A DNA stretch of 64,000 bases from Torpedo marmorata (taxonomy: Eukaryota), in the NCBI GenBank assembly GCA_977017645.1, contig OZ360227.1, positions 64,852,001 to 64,916,000 of the forward strand, given 5' to 3'. Both the position numbers and the translations under genes were made by a program. The notes beneath the pieces were generated by a model. That model was not told where the DNA came from and ran no database searches. It saw only the letters and a list, made by a program, of their open reading frames with translations. This document shows, in pieces, positions 11,286-23,400 of the stretch (the stretch's first letter is position 1; the number at the start of each line of letters is the position of its first letter).

Positions 11286-12491
11286 CCACAACACCATGGG
11301 GAAGTCATGGTATTGGAAAAGAGGGCTAGCTTCTGTACACATTGGAGTTTGTTGTATGAAAGGCAAATGTTTTACTTTGTTAGCTATAGAGTTCAGAGTA
11401 TGCCAGCATGCACATCCTTATATCATTGTAGTTTATTCAATCAACTTAGATTTGTACAGTAAATTCCATATTCTTTTCAGGCTAATTCAATGATGTGTTG
11501 TTGGACTCAAAAATAGCAGATGAAGATAATAACATTTCCTGGTCAATCACTCCGTCAAGAGATTCACCAGGGAAGATATGAACAACATGGTTTCTGCCTC
11601 AGATCCCTTCCCACCCTGTTGGAAAAGTACTGAGATACAAGTTAAGTCTTTGATATAATGAAGTGCAAGTCACAGACAAACAGAAAGGGCTTAAAACAAA
11701 ATCAGACCCCAAGGTAAACAGATACTTATCTACAGTAGTGAGAGATTAATAAAGAATTTTACTAGATACCGATGATCATTATAAGACAGGCAATGGACAC
11801 TGGGGAGATTCTCAGATTGGAAACAGGGCAAGAGTGGTCATTTGCAAAAGCGTAATAAGTTCATCAGAGGCAATGGCAAACTCATTAACATCACCTCCAT
11901 TACAGGATTAAAAGTCAGAATTAAAAACCCACGAGTAACAGTCAATACACCTTTTACAGGTAATATCTTGCCTGCCCAACTATCTCAATATATCTCAGGA
12001 AGTAACAAAGTGCAAAACTTCCAAATGCCTTTTAATACAGCTCAAAGCCAAAAGATTGTTAATTCATCGCAAAATACAGGCATTAAATTTGATCTGTGAA
12101 ATAAAAGGAGGTAGCCCAGGAGCAAAATATGTGAGCAAGATGAAAATGCTGAACAGGTGTAAATAATTTATCAAAGGAAAGAAAAATATAGGCAATGTGA
12201 AAACTTCATAAACAGTGTTTGAAAAGCTAATCAGCAAATTGTAAAATAAAAACCTAAAATTCTCAGTAAATTCAACATCATAGGCTAATGAAAAGCAATA
12301 AACATCAAACCAAAACATTACCGAACTACGTAATCAATTTAACTCTGGCCAACTGCATCTTGGGTGACCTAAAGCTTTTATCACACTGCTTGAACATTTT
12401 TTTCCATAGCAAATTTCCTATATTCAGCCAAATGTCACAAACTCTGAAGCACAAATTAAGTTTCTGCAATAATTTGCAGTATTTCATAATA

Positions 12492-13157
12492 CAGTAAAAC
12501 CCAGTAACCGACAAAAGAAAAAAAAAATCGAGGAAAATAAATTTTAAAAGTTAAAATAAATAATAGAATAATAGGTAAAAAATACGTAAATTTAAAATTG
12601 TAAAAGTAAATGTTCTCTGAAGGAACACATAAACCTTTGGTGAAGGTGGGAACAAATATTCATCCAGCGGAGTGCTTTGGTCGTGCTTTGCTCGTAGCAG
12701 CTGTTTGAATAAAGTTGTGTGAAACAGCAATGGCGTCGCCCAGGAGGAAGAGCTGGTTGATGCCACTTGCCGTTGGGATAACTCTCTTAAAGTGTCTCCT
12801 TATCCCTGCTTAGTAAGAGTTGCCCCAGTCAGAGGCTTTATCTGTAAACTTGGGGTTAATTATCTATAATGTTATTGTTCGTCTTTCTGGTGGCTCCGTG
12901 GAGGGGGAGGAACCTGCAGATGCAGCAACGGTTAAATGTTTTCAAAGAATGTGACTGAAAATAAAGTAAAATGCTTTAAGGTTTATATATTCAAGCAAGT
13001 GAAGTTTGTTCAGTGTAAGTACAGTATAGTAATTTTGTCTTTTGTCTTTTAAACTGTTTATTCTTAATGCAGGTGTATTAGTTAGGTAAGCAACCGGAAA
13101 ATACACTTATCTGGCACCTACCAATCCCCATAGGTGCCTGATACCAGGGGTTTACTG
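12492..13157. mobile_element. Non-autonomous Tc1/mariner-pogo (Tigger-like) DNA transposon
   Basis: TA at 12490-91 and 13158-59; termini CAGTAAAACCC ... GGGGTTTACTG; near-identical second copy at 59529-60851. Confidence 0.85.
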
Positions 13158-16100
13158 TAATATTTTTGTGCTCCCAAGCCTTCCTCACAAATCACTGTTT
13201 TGAACTTGTGACCATCAAGGAGATTGTCCATTTAAAATTAAATCCATTATTTTGGATGCAAGGACATTCTTTAAAAAAACTATTGAATGCATTTTTAAAC
13301 ATTCATAAAGAAAAAGGTGTCTGCATAAGTAAATAGTAGCGTCCAGATTTTTAAAGTAATGTTCATTTTAAATTAGATTATTCCGTTTTGTTCATAGACA
13401 TAGCAATTAAAGTGTTTTTGTGCCAAACATGTAGTCATCAAAATCCAAACAATCCCAGTAATATAAGTATATTTTTAAATATTATACTCTCAGGCATTCT
13501 AAAGACTGTGTGGGTTTGCTGCTCATTTTGCAGTAGAGATATGCCAATGAATTTTGTGCAAAAACATAAGATAGGAAATTTACTCAAAGATAGAGCTATT
13601 TGGCTGCAAAGGGTAAAGTGCAGGTCTAATCCTAAGGAATTTGGAAAATATTGAGCTCTGGAAGAACTGCAGAGGCAAGAGGGTATATCAGTTACCTGAC
13701 TTTGGAGAAAAACCTGGTGAATCTAAGGCCTTTCACACAGAGCAAGTGTATTAAATTAGCATAGTGAATTGTGCCAATGTGCGAGTCCCTCTTCTGCAAT
13801 ATTCTATTTCATGTTTTATTTCTCACTGTGACACATTTGTAGATATTAAGGAACTTAAAGGATATGAGATCAGTGCAGGAAATTGGTGCTGAGGGAAAAG
13901 ATCAGCCATGAATTTACCAAATGGAAGTGCTGCGTGAGCAACCTAATTGCCTGCTCCTACAATTATTTTTTTATTTTATGTACGCGCAAAGCACAGGGCC
14001 CTGCAGTCTTTATGAACACAAAGGTTTTTTCTCTATCTCTGCTCTTTTAGGGGTCAGGTTCAGGTCAACAAGTCTGGTAGGTGGCAAAATGCGCATGGGG
14101 ATTGGGGAGGGAGGGTTGTAGTTTCAGTGAGGAAGTATCTGAAGGAAAGAAAATGGGTCTTCAGAAGTTACTCTGTGACAGGAGGCCAGCAAAGGTCATG
14201 ATTGGACCAGGGCCTAAATTACACTTGTAGGAAGGTGAAATGGTGGGCTCCCTGTATATGGATTCAAGCTTCAGACCCCTCAACTTTAGAACCATCAGGC
14301 TTGTCTACTTTGGGTTTTTCTTGAAGCTGTCCAAATAAATATGAAGCAAGTACCACTCAAAAACCTAAACTGGCCACATTTTCAATTTTCACCACATAAG
14401 TCCCAACTTCATTGTGCTTCTGTTACACTTTTTAGGCACAGGACGTTCAGCATGGATCAGAAAGTGAGGCCCTTACAGGAATGACTCGGACATGGAAAAG
14501 GCTTATCTAATACAGTAGTTTAAATTAAAGACATACAAGTTATTAGTCATTTCAAAATGACTTTAGAACTGTCAACTGGGGGGTTTTTCTTTGCTGATTG
14601 ACATAGAGGGAAGTCCTGAAATTACTCAAGAAACTAAATGCTACAATGAAGGGAGTGCAGATGAAATAAGAGCAAGTGAAAGGTTTTCTGTATCATTATA
14701 ATTCTTATTGCTATGTGAAAGAGGAATTATGATTTCATACTGTAATGTGGGGAATGTTCAGTCTGCCATTTTGATTCTTTCAACTATCCTTCCAAATACT
14801 ACCACGTCCAGTCAGAAAGCAAGAGCTGACTTCCAGAAAAATCAATCCATTGATTTTGTCTGCTTTTCAAGCCAACCTACTCTGCTAAAATTCCATTTGC
14901 AACTGGTTTAACAATAAGATACAGTATAATTAAGGGAGGCCTGGGCTGAGGAGGTGAATAAAGACAAGTGCATTCATAAAACTAAAAATGTAATTGTACA
15001 CATGCTTGAAAGAAGCTTTCTCTCCATCACAAAGACAATAACTCCAATTTCCTTACCTCGCCATAACCCCAGCTCTGATTTCACCTTCAGCCCAAGTTGA
15101 GGAGGTGGGCAACTCCAGCTTCCAATGGCAGACCGGTGGGAGACAGGTGCACTGTGGGAATTGTAGTCACTTTCCCTTCAACACACTTTCTCAAAATGAA
15201 TACTCAATTTTGAGAAGTACAACACAATTACAAAACATCTGATAGGGATTATGATTATTATAAAGGAAATGAAGTATATTATTTTATGCAGTTTTGGTCA
15301 CATGATATGCACCAGCAAATTCATGGTCTGGAAGCCCGGACCATTCCTCATCGATAAGCTGTCCGATGTTTTACTTGAAGCTGTTGGTTTTTTCCAGGTA
15401 CATGCCACTAAAAGATAAATGTTGATACATTAAAAAGGTGTTCCTTTTATTTTGTTAATTCCAGAGAATAAGCCATCACTACACTAGTCAAGTCATTTGA
15501 ACTGTGACATGTTTGTCCATTTCAAGTAAGAATTAACCATATTGATCTGAGTCACATAAGGCCAGTCCATAACACTTGAAACTTTTGATTTATGTAAATC
15601 ATTGGATTACTGTCACTGTAAGGGTATGAATGTGTGCTTCAGATCATTCATTGCTGGATCAATAACTCCATGCTACCCTATTCTTCATCCCCTTCATCAT
15701 TTATTGGAATTCTATCAAGAGCCTTTATCACCCACGGACAATCCAAAGTAAAAAGTTTCTTGCTTGAAACGTATACGTAACTAAATCACTATTACATGGA
15801 ACAGGACGCCATGTGTCTGCGCCGAACATGATGTCCAAATGAAACTAAATCTCACCTGCTGCAAATGGTGCCTCTCCCTTTATTTCCTGCATGTTCACGT
15901 ATCTATCTAGAAGCCTGTTAAACGCTGCCGCTGTATCTGCTTTCACCACGACCGTGGCATTCTGTTCCAGGGACCCACCACTGTATTTAAAAAAACGTGC
16001 GTCGCTCATCTTTAAATTCCCTGCTCACCTTAAATTAGAAAAGCCTATGTTTAATTCTCATCCTTGATTAATCTCAACAATGGTGGGGACAAACATTAGA

Positions 16101-16555
16101 TATACATTGTTCAGATTAAACTATTCTGGGTTAAGGAGAGAATAATTGTTCAAAGCTTTGTTGCCAACAGCTAAAGTTGTTGGGACCAAACCCCTTTAAA
16201 ATATGCAAATCTACTGTAGTTTAGTGAGGACAGGCGGACAGCCTTGGGATCCAAAATAATGTGGATGCTGAAAATCTGAAATAACAATAGCAACTATTGC
16301 AAATAATCAATTGATCATGTAGCATTATGGAGTGATTTTAAAATGTCGGTAAATCAGGAGTTCATCAGAAGCACTAAAGCGTTAACTTCAGCTTTGGACT
16401 TTACTGTGACACTTTCCTTGTGACCAGAATCAGTCGACTCATCTAAAAATCTACGATAAAAAGTCACTGGAGAAGCTGTTCATATCGATGTTTGGCTGGG
16501 GTCGAGGAGTCAAATTCATTTTTGCAGAGGAGCTTTCACTTCAAGCGTCAGCCTT

Positions 16556-17143
16556 TTTTTAAAAAATATTTTATTTAAAATTTTTAAATCACAAAATACT
16601 TAAAATAAAATATACTGTTATGAAATTATTTGTGATACATTTTCACCCCCCCCCTCCCTCCCTCCCCTCCCCAACCCTCCCAATCCCACTAATCTAATAA
16701 AAATATAAAATAAAAATAGAAAGAGAAAGAAAGAGAAAAATAGAGTTAGGGGAATGCCAATCTATAAACTACTTCTATTATGGAGGTCAAGTATGCCAGT
16801 AGACCCAATACCCAGAGATCCTCAAATTCTTAAGCCAACAGCTCTCATATATGGGCTCCAAATTTTTAAGAAAAAATGATATTTATTACGTAAATTATAA
16901 GTAATTTTTTCAAGTGGTATACATGAACGAAGTTCTGCATGCCATCTTTCTAACCCTAAATCTAAATCAGATTTCCAAGTAATAGCAATACATTTCTTTG
17001 AAACAGCAAAAGCAATTCACAAAAATTCTATTTGATACATATTTAATTTCATCTTAATACTAAATTTTCTAATATCTCCAAACAAAAATATCATAGGATC
17101 CATTGGAAACGTAATTTTAAATACTTTATCTAAAAAACTTTTA
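16556..17143 (-). mobile_element. 5'-truncated L1 (end of ORF2 plus 3' UTR), same subfamily as 46549-49538
   Basis: 15-bp TSD TCAAGCGTCAGCCTT at 16541-16555 and 17144-17158; reverse complement closely matches ~48935-49540. Confidence 0.93.
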
Positions 17144-18699
17144 TCAAGCGTCAGCCTTGACAATAACATGTTAACTACAAAGTCATCACAATTACATTCC
17201 TTGTAACTCGGAGATACACAAAGAGATCAAAGTATTCTCCTTCCCACTTCCCACTTCCATTATTACCGGTATCTGCAACACAGGAGGAAATTCTCAAGTG
17301 GAGGTGTAATTTACCATCTGAATACAACAACCTCAAGTTATTCAGTTTATACCATCGAGTTTGCGACAAAGTGAACATGGTCCACTACTTTTCAGGATAA
17401 ATCTGTGTGTCGGCCTTGGTACATACCTCCCCAGATGTTAAACTGGGCTTCTTTCTATCTTTTCAGATGTGCATAGCGACACCCCCCCCCCCCAACCAGA
17501 TTTTAAAACTTCTTGGCGTCTGGTGTCCTGCCTCAACTAACGTCACTAACACAAATGGTCTTATTATTATTTTCTTAGATTAGATGAAGCCACTCTGTGT
17601 GCAACTGGCAGCCACGATCCTACATTTCCAGCAATTACTACATTTTATCAAATGAACTGCAGTATTCGTCAGAATGTTTTGAGCCGTAATCGTTATTGTA
17701 ATCTCTTCCAATTTCTCACCACATCTGATCAGGGAAATGCCTTCAGATTGGACATGCCATCATCAGCTCAGTGAGCAAAGGCAAGTTAACCAGGGGTACT
17801 AATAAAAGGATCTGAATAGCAAAGTGCCTGCCCACTTTGCAGATATGCTCATGTTTCCAGTTTTAGGACCCTTTTTAATACTGGGCTGGGTTTCATTTCT
17901 AACCGGGGAAATTAAAGAGCTCCAGTAAATATTCCGAGCGTCTATCTATTGGGGAAGGGGAGAATCCCATTACAGTGAAATTAAAGGCAACATGTTAGGT
18001 GCTATGGGTCTAAATTTAGTGAAAGTTCAGTGATACAGAAATGTCTGGCAGATATGGACGGTAAAGGAACTATTTAGGTTGTTGCAAGGAGGAACTAGAA
18101 AGGGGACTGCAAAGAAGGACTCCTGGGCTCTGAAATTAATAAAACACGTGGGATTTGAGAAACCTCATTTTAGGCAAGTGTGCCAGAGAGTTTGCCATTG
18201 CTAATGTGTTGTTTGCGTTCCTCCCACTCTTCAGCCCTTAAGTGTCGCCCGGGAGTCCGAGGCTGCCCAATGCAAGTGCACTGGAAAGCCTTACATGGCC
18301 TGGTCCTGAAAATATGCTTGCAAAGTTTCTGCCAAGAAATAGTTTTATTTTCAAACGACTTATTTCTGGTGTATGCAGACCGAAAAAAAATCTGGCCATT
18401 TGCCACTTTTAGCAAAATACTATAGATTTTTTAAACATCAATTTATTTTATTAGTTACCAAACGCAAACTATCCTTTACTCTTCTGTTTACTTTTAAATA
18501 ATCAAATTTTCCTTGACTTTTAGCAATGCAAATGCATTTAGCCGAGTGTTTTTCCAAGTAGCGTATTTTAAAAGCAGTGCTAAAGACCAGTTTCGACTTA
18601 AGAAAGTACAAATACGATGGTTAATTTCACAGTACAATTACTATTCTAAATGCTTTTAATGCTGCTTATGACCTTGCATGGGATCGAGCTACATTGAGC

Positions 18700-19050
18700 T
18701 CTATTGTGATTTCCAATCCTTCAATGGCGCAGTTACTCAGCCCTGACCAAATTTTCGTGAATGAAACCCGTCATCAGGCCAGTTATCAATCAATGGCACG
18801 CCCAGTGTTCTGATTGGTTGATGAATGTTATTTTTTCCGCTTTTCGGTGCACCATCTGTTTTTGACCAATAGCATTCATCATTTTTCTTGTGCTGATGAG
18901 CGATTGGTTAACATGTCGCTTCAACAGTGACTAATAGAATGCTTCGCATGGCGACAGGCATGTGACCTGTCCAATCAGTGCACGGTCGTGGTGCCCGAGT
19001 TTTGCCTCTGGGGAGGGGGGAGGAGGGAAGGGTGGGGGGGGGAGGGAAAG
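18700..19050 (+). promoter_or_regulatory. ETV5: Probable ETV5 promoter with multiple CCAAT boxes and a G-rich tract
   Basis: CCAAT/ATTGG at 18713, 18813, 18866, 18903, 18971; G-runs 19010-19047; rising CpG density; lies upstream of a donor at 19196 and the start-codon exon. Confidence 0.7.
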
Positions 19051-19196
19051 AAATCGCGTTCACTTCAACTGAGCAAAAAAGCCATTCAACTTTTTTCTGA
19101 GCGTCGACTCGGGAGTCGAAATGCGTGGTGTTTATTTTTTTTAGATGGTGTATTTTTAATAAAGTAATTTTAAATACATTACAAACAATTTCACAG
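19050..19196 (+). other. ETV5: Probable non-coding first exon of ETV5 (start approximate)
   Basis: Strong donor CAG|GTAAGC at 19196/19197; matching acceptor TTTTTGCTCTGTCGTCTCTCTTAG ends at 19635. Confidence 0.55.
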
Positions 19197-19747
19197 GTAA
19201 GCAGAAATTATATATGAGTCTGCAATATTATTTCGAATAAAGTTTACCTTTTTTAAAATGTAGGGAACAATAAAAAGGAGAATGAACATCTTAATGCTAA
19301 AGATAGATACTAACGAGATCTTCGGTTGAAATGTTCGCCATTTTTCTTGAATACGCCTGTGCGATCGGGGGGAAAAAAAACAGAATGCAATCGGCCGCTT
19401 ATGAGGTCGATTCTTTGCAGACAAGGGTTTTCTCTGGAACCTCGGGGCTTTTCCTGCGGTCTTTAAACTCAATGTGAGTTGTTTGCTGTGCGGTGGGCGG
19501 TGGGCGGTGGGCGGTGGGGCTCAGCTGCGTGTGTGTGTGTTTTTTTGTGAATGGGGCGCTCGGATCCCGTTACGCTCATACCTGACGCCAGCCTGCCTGC
19601 CCCATTCATAATTTTTGCTCTGTCGTCTCTCTTAGGAGGAGCTGCGGAGAAAAAGGGAAACAAAACAACCAAAAAAAAATCTCATCTGTGCTCATGCGAG
19701 TCCATGTTAAAGGATTGTAGAGTGACTTTTAATAGACCAGTTACAAA

Positions 19748-19792
19748 ATGGACGGATTTTACGATCAGCAAGTTCCTTTTCTGGTGCACAAC
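19748..19792 (+). CDS. ETV5: ETV5 coding exon 1 (MDGFYDQQVPFLVHN; may end at 19798)
   Basis: PEA3-family N-terminus MDGFYDQQVP; two in-frame GT donors at 19793 and 19799. Confidence 0.9.
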
Positions 19793-20000
19793 GTACCGGT
19801 TAGTAAATCAATTATTCTCACTTTATTATTTTTAAGAAAACCATTTTCAGAATTCATTCTTAAATATGAACAGAGACGCGTCGATTTGTGCATGAAATGG
19901 GTTTTATTGTAAACATTTCCGCGTGTTTTTGATCGATTTTCAATGTGAATTAAATCACGAAAATGTGAATCACAAATGTGAATTTACTTGCTTTTCGCAG

Positions 20001-20088
20001 AAAACTCGCGGGGAAGAACTCCGCGGGCGACAAATGAACGAGAGAAAGAGGAAATTAGTGGAGACTGACCTTGCCCACGATTCGGAAG
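20001..20088 (+). CDS. ETV5: ETV5 coding exon 2 (KTRGEELRGR...DLAHDSE)
   Basis: TTTTCGCAG acceptor, G|GTAAAT donor, RKRK...DLAHDSEE motif. Confidence 0.93.
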
Positions 20089-20199
20089 GTAAATAAATGT
20101 CTGTTATGGATTAATTCGATTTAAGAACCAATCGTATACCTCTCGCCGTGTTGCAAACGCTTGTTTTGATCATGCTTATGATCTGTTTCGCTTCCCCAG

Positions 20200-20247
20200 A
20201 ACTTTTCCAAGATTTAAGCCAATTACAAGAAACGTGGCTAGCAGAAG
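20200..20247 (+). CDS. ETV5: ETV5 coding exon 3 (ELFQDLSQLQETWLAE, acidic activation domain)
   Basis: CCCCAG acceptor, G|GTATGT donor, invariant PEA3 motif. Confidence 0.95.
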
Positions 20248-20396
20248 GTATGTACAAATCATTCACTTTAGTTCAAAGTAATTGCACATTCATACTCAAT
20301 AGTCAAGAAGAGATATACTGTATGCGCGAGTCAAAAGGAAACAGTGAAGTGTTTCAAGCGAAGATGATTGATTTCTTTCATTCTCACTTTGCACAG

Positions 20397-20450
20397 CCCA
20401 GGTTCCCGAAGATGATGAACAGTTTGTACCAGACTTCCAATCGGTGAATT
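20397..20450 (+). CDS. ETV5: ETV5 coding exon 4 (AQVPEDDEQFVPDFQSVN, COP1 degron region)
   Basis: GCACAG acceptor, T|GTAAGT donor, VPE/VPD motifs. Confidence 0.94.
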
Positions 20451-23400
20451 GTAAGTATTTTTTTACGTGCAGTTGCTAATTTAAGGTCGTAACTTTTTAG
20501 TGGAAATAATCTTTTCTCTGCGGTCCAGGAAAGATTCAATTTCGGATGTGTCCATTTATGCAGAAGAGTTGTGAATTTGCTGAGATTTCACGGGAACTGA
20601 TCAATTTTAAACATTCAAGCAAAGTGCAATCCTATCTGCTGAGCCTAGTCGAAAAGACCACCGACTCTATTTGCATTAACCTTGACATCAAATACTAAGT
20701 GATAATTTACGTTGTTTTTCCAATCACGCTTCTGTTTGTATCGTTGCTGTGTTTAGGATTATATTGGGATGCAAATTACATGGAGAGGTGGCGCTAATCT
20801 TGGTTCATCTTTGTTGCACATCCAGAAGCTTTTAGTGAAATGATATTGCTGGGGCATTGAAGCTTTCGAAAGAATAATTTCTAGTCCTATTTTCTTATTT
20901 AATTTAAATCTCGATGATATAAATGCGCAATGGCTCCTTAGAAGTGCTAATGCTTGGATAATATTGCAAAGGTGCATTTTGTAAGTCTTCAGTCATGTGG
21001 GGCGGGAGATCAAGGGTGCGGAGAATGTTTGGAGCGGTTTTTCCTGGCTGGGTGGGAACAGATCAGTTACACTTGTATGCTTTTAAGGTCATTGGGCATC
21101 TGAGCTTCCCATCGCAGAGAAAGTGCAGGGAGTACATGTGTGGAGTTAAAAGACGTGAAACTTTTGCTTCTACCTGACTCCCAAATTGATCATCTAAAAA
21201 TTCACATTTCTGTCTGTATTGAACAAAGACAGGCCTTTTCGCCAAAGTTGTTTTTTCAGTTGATGTGATTTCTAAATTTAGGGATTTTCCAGTCCATCCA
21301 CTGGTACAGAGCAGCTCGTCTACTTCAGAGTGGTTGTAGTTTACCAAGACCGTCAAAGCTGGTTGTGGATTTCGATGGGATCCTCAATGTAGATTCCATG
21401 AGTTACTTCATTGACAAACATTATATAAATAGATGAATGGAAAATAAAGAAGGGATTTGTTGTTTTTCTTTTAGTCCATTTATTCTTGGCTACTCCAGCC
21501 ACATGGGAAATTGTAGACTCCAATAAAGGTCATGTGACTGCTTTGCTATTGGATAGGGGAGGAGAAATTGGCACAAAGCCAACAATCCTGGGTTATAGCC
21601 ATTCTGGTTTCTGGTTCCTGTGACAATTTAGCATTTAACTCCTGGTTAGACTTTTTGACATGAACCAACCACAAATGCCAGTTTATTCCATCCCAGTATT
21701 GTTTGCGCCATAAAGGGCTCAGCCGGTTCTCTGACAAGATTTTGGTTTTATGGTTATATAATGACTCTGATGGTCAAAAACAGCTAAACTAAAATTTGGC
21801 CATGTGTTTCCAGTTTTAGATGGCATTAGTCATTGTTATTGTCTCTGCTGATGGAATGCTTTATTCTTGCATCTTTTATTGTGGTGAAGTTTTACTAGAA
21901 CACTGCACTAAGTAGTAAATGAAATGAAAGATTTGTACTTGTGTAGCACCTTTCACAATCCCAACACATTTTACAGCCAGTGAAGTACTTATGTTTAACC
22001 AGGAATTGCTGCTAGTTACTGCTTTGTGCAATAATATCGGGTTTTATTTCTATTATATTTGTCCCATTCAGTCAGTACTGATTACAAGTTTCAAAAGCAG
22101 TCCAAGAAGGGTTGTCCTCTATCTGTACCATGATATTTCTTTACTACCTTATTTTGAACTATTTAGCAACAATTTTAAGCACAATATTTACCAGTTGGAT
22201 TTCTCTTTACTTTATTTTAACTCCAAATATTAAATGCAAATCTTTCAGTACACAACACAGGTTTTTAAGAATGAACCTTTGATAGAGGGGTAACCCAAAG
22301 GAAATGTACTTCACTTGGGTGCCTTGTTGCTACCATTTGGAGATCTTTGAAGCTGACTTATGTGAGTGTGCTCTACACAGGGACCTTGGTTCCAACGGAC
22401 CATTCTACATGTTGAATACTTTGCAAATTTCTAATTCATGCCCCTCCACTATCAACCATTTGCAAAGTCAACTTTTGGTGCATTTATGTAGGTGGTCTGC
22501 TGAAAAATGGGTGGATAGGATTGCTGTTTCCAGAGTGACAGGGTAGGAGGGTGGTTGAGGGTGGAAGTTGAGGGAGGTGGAGGTGGCAATACTCATGGGA
22601 TATATTTTTCAGATGATTTTTCTCTCATTCAAAATGTATTTAGTCACTGAAAGTCCGGATGGGATGAGAAAATGAAGAGTTGGTCCATGTAATTAGTTCA
22701 TTCTACAATGCTCCTTTCCTGAAGACAGATTCAAAATGGATGTGTCTTGTGTGAAAGCTAGAAACCGTGTACAGTGTAACAGTTGTCCTGCCTACTTATA
22801 GTGACTGTCATGGCCTTGACAAATGCCTATCATTTTCTCCCACCCCACTGCTAAAGATGTTTACTCACTTCTACTTCCCTGTAAGAACTGGCTTAAATAA
22901 CAAAGTAATAATACTGCTCCAGGCAATGTCACTCAGTATACAGTATTGTCTAACAGGCAATAAAATAGATTCTTCTGCCATTGAAGCACATTTAACCCAA
23001 GTAACAATGATGACTTAATTGAAAAGGCACTGATCTCTTGAGTCTCAGTTTTGTGTCGAATGCTCTTTTCTGAACAGCAAGTTTTGCCCTCCTTCCTCCC
23101 TCTCAAAAATCAGACAGAGTGGTTCTTGCTGAAAGTCAGATGAGTGTCACCTTAAACCAGAGCTGGTGTTGTGGGCAGCCTGATTCTTGTCCTATACATG
23201 ACTTGACACTTAATTATGTTTAATGAAACATGAAAAGCTGAACTTGGTTGCTGATTGTGATAGAAAGGGAATTTGATTAAAATCTGCATTGAAAACCGGT
23301 GTTTTCTGATCGGGCTGGGTGATCAGCCACCTGGAATTTGCCACTTTATGGCTAAGAGAAAGTCATCAAAAATAGTTATTTAATTGTCAGGAAAACATTT

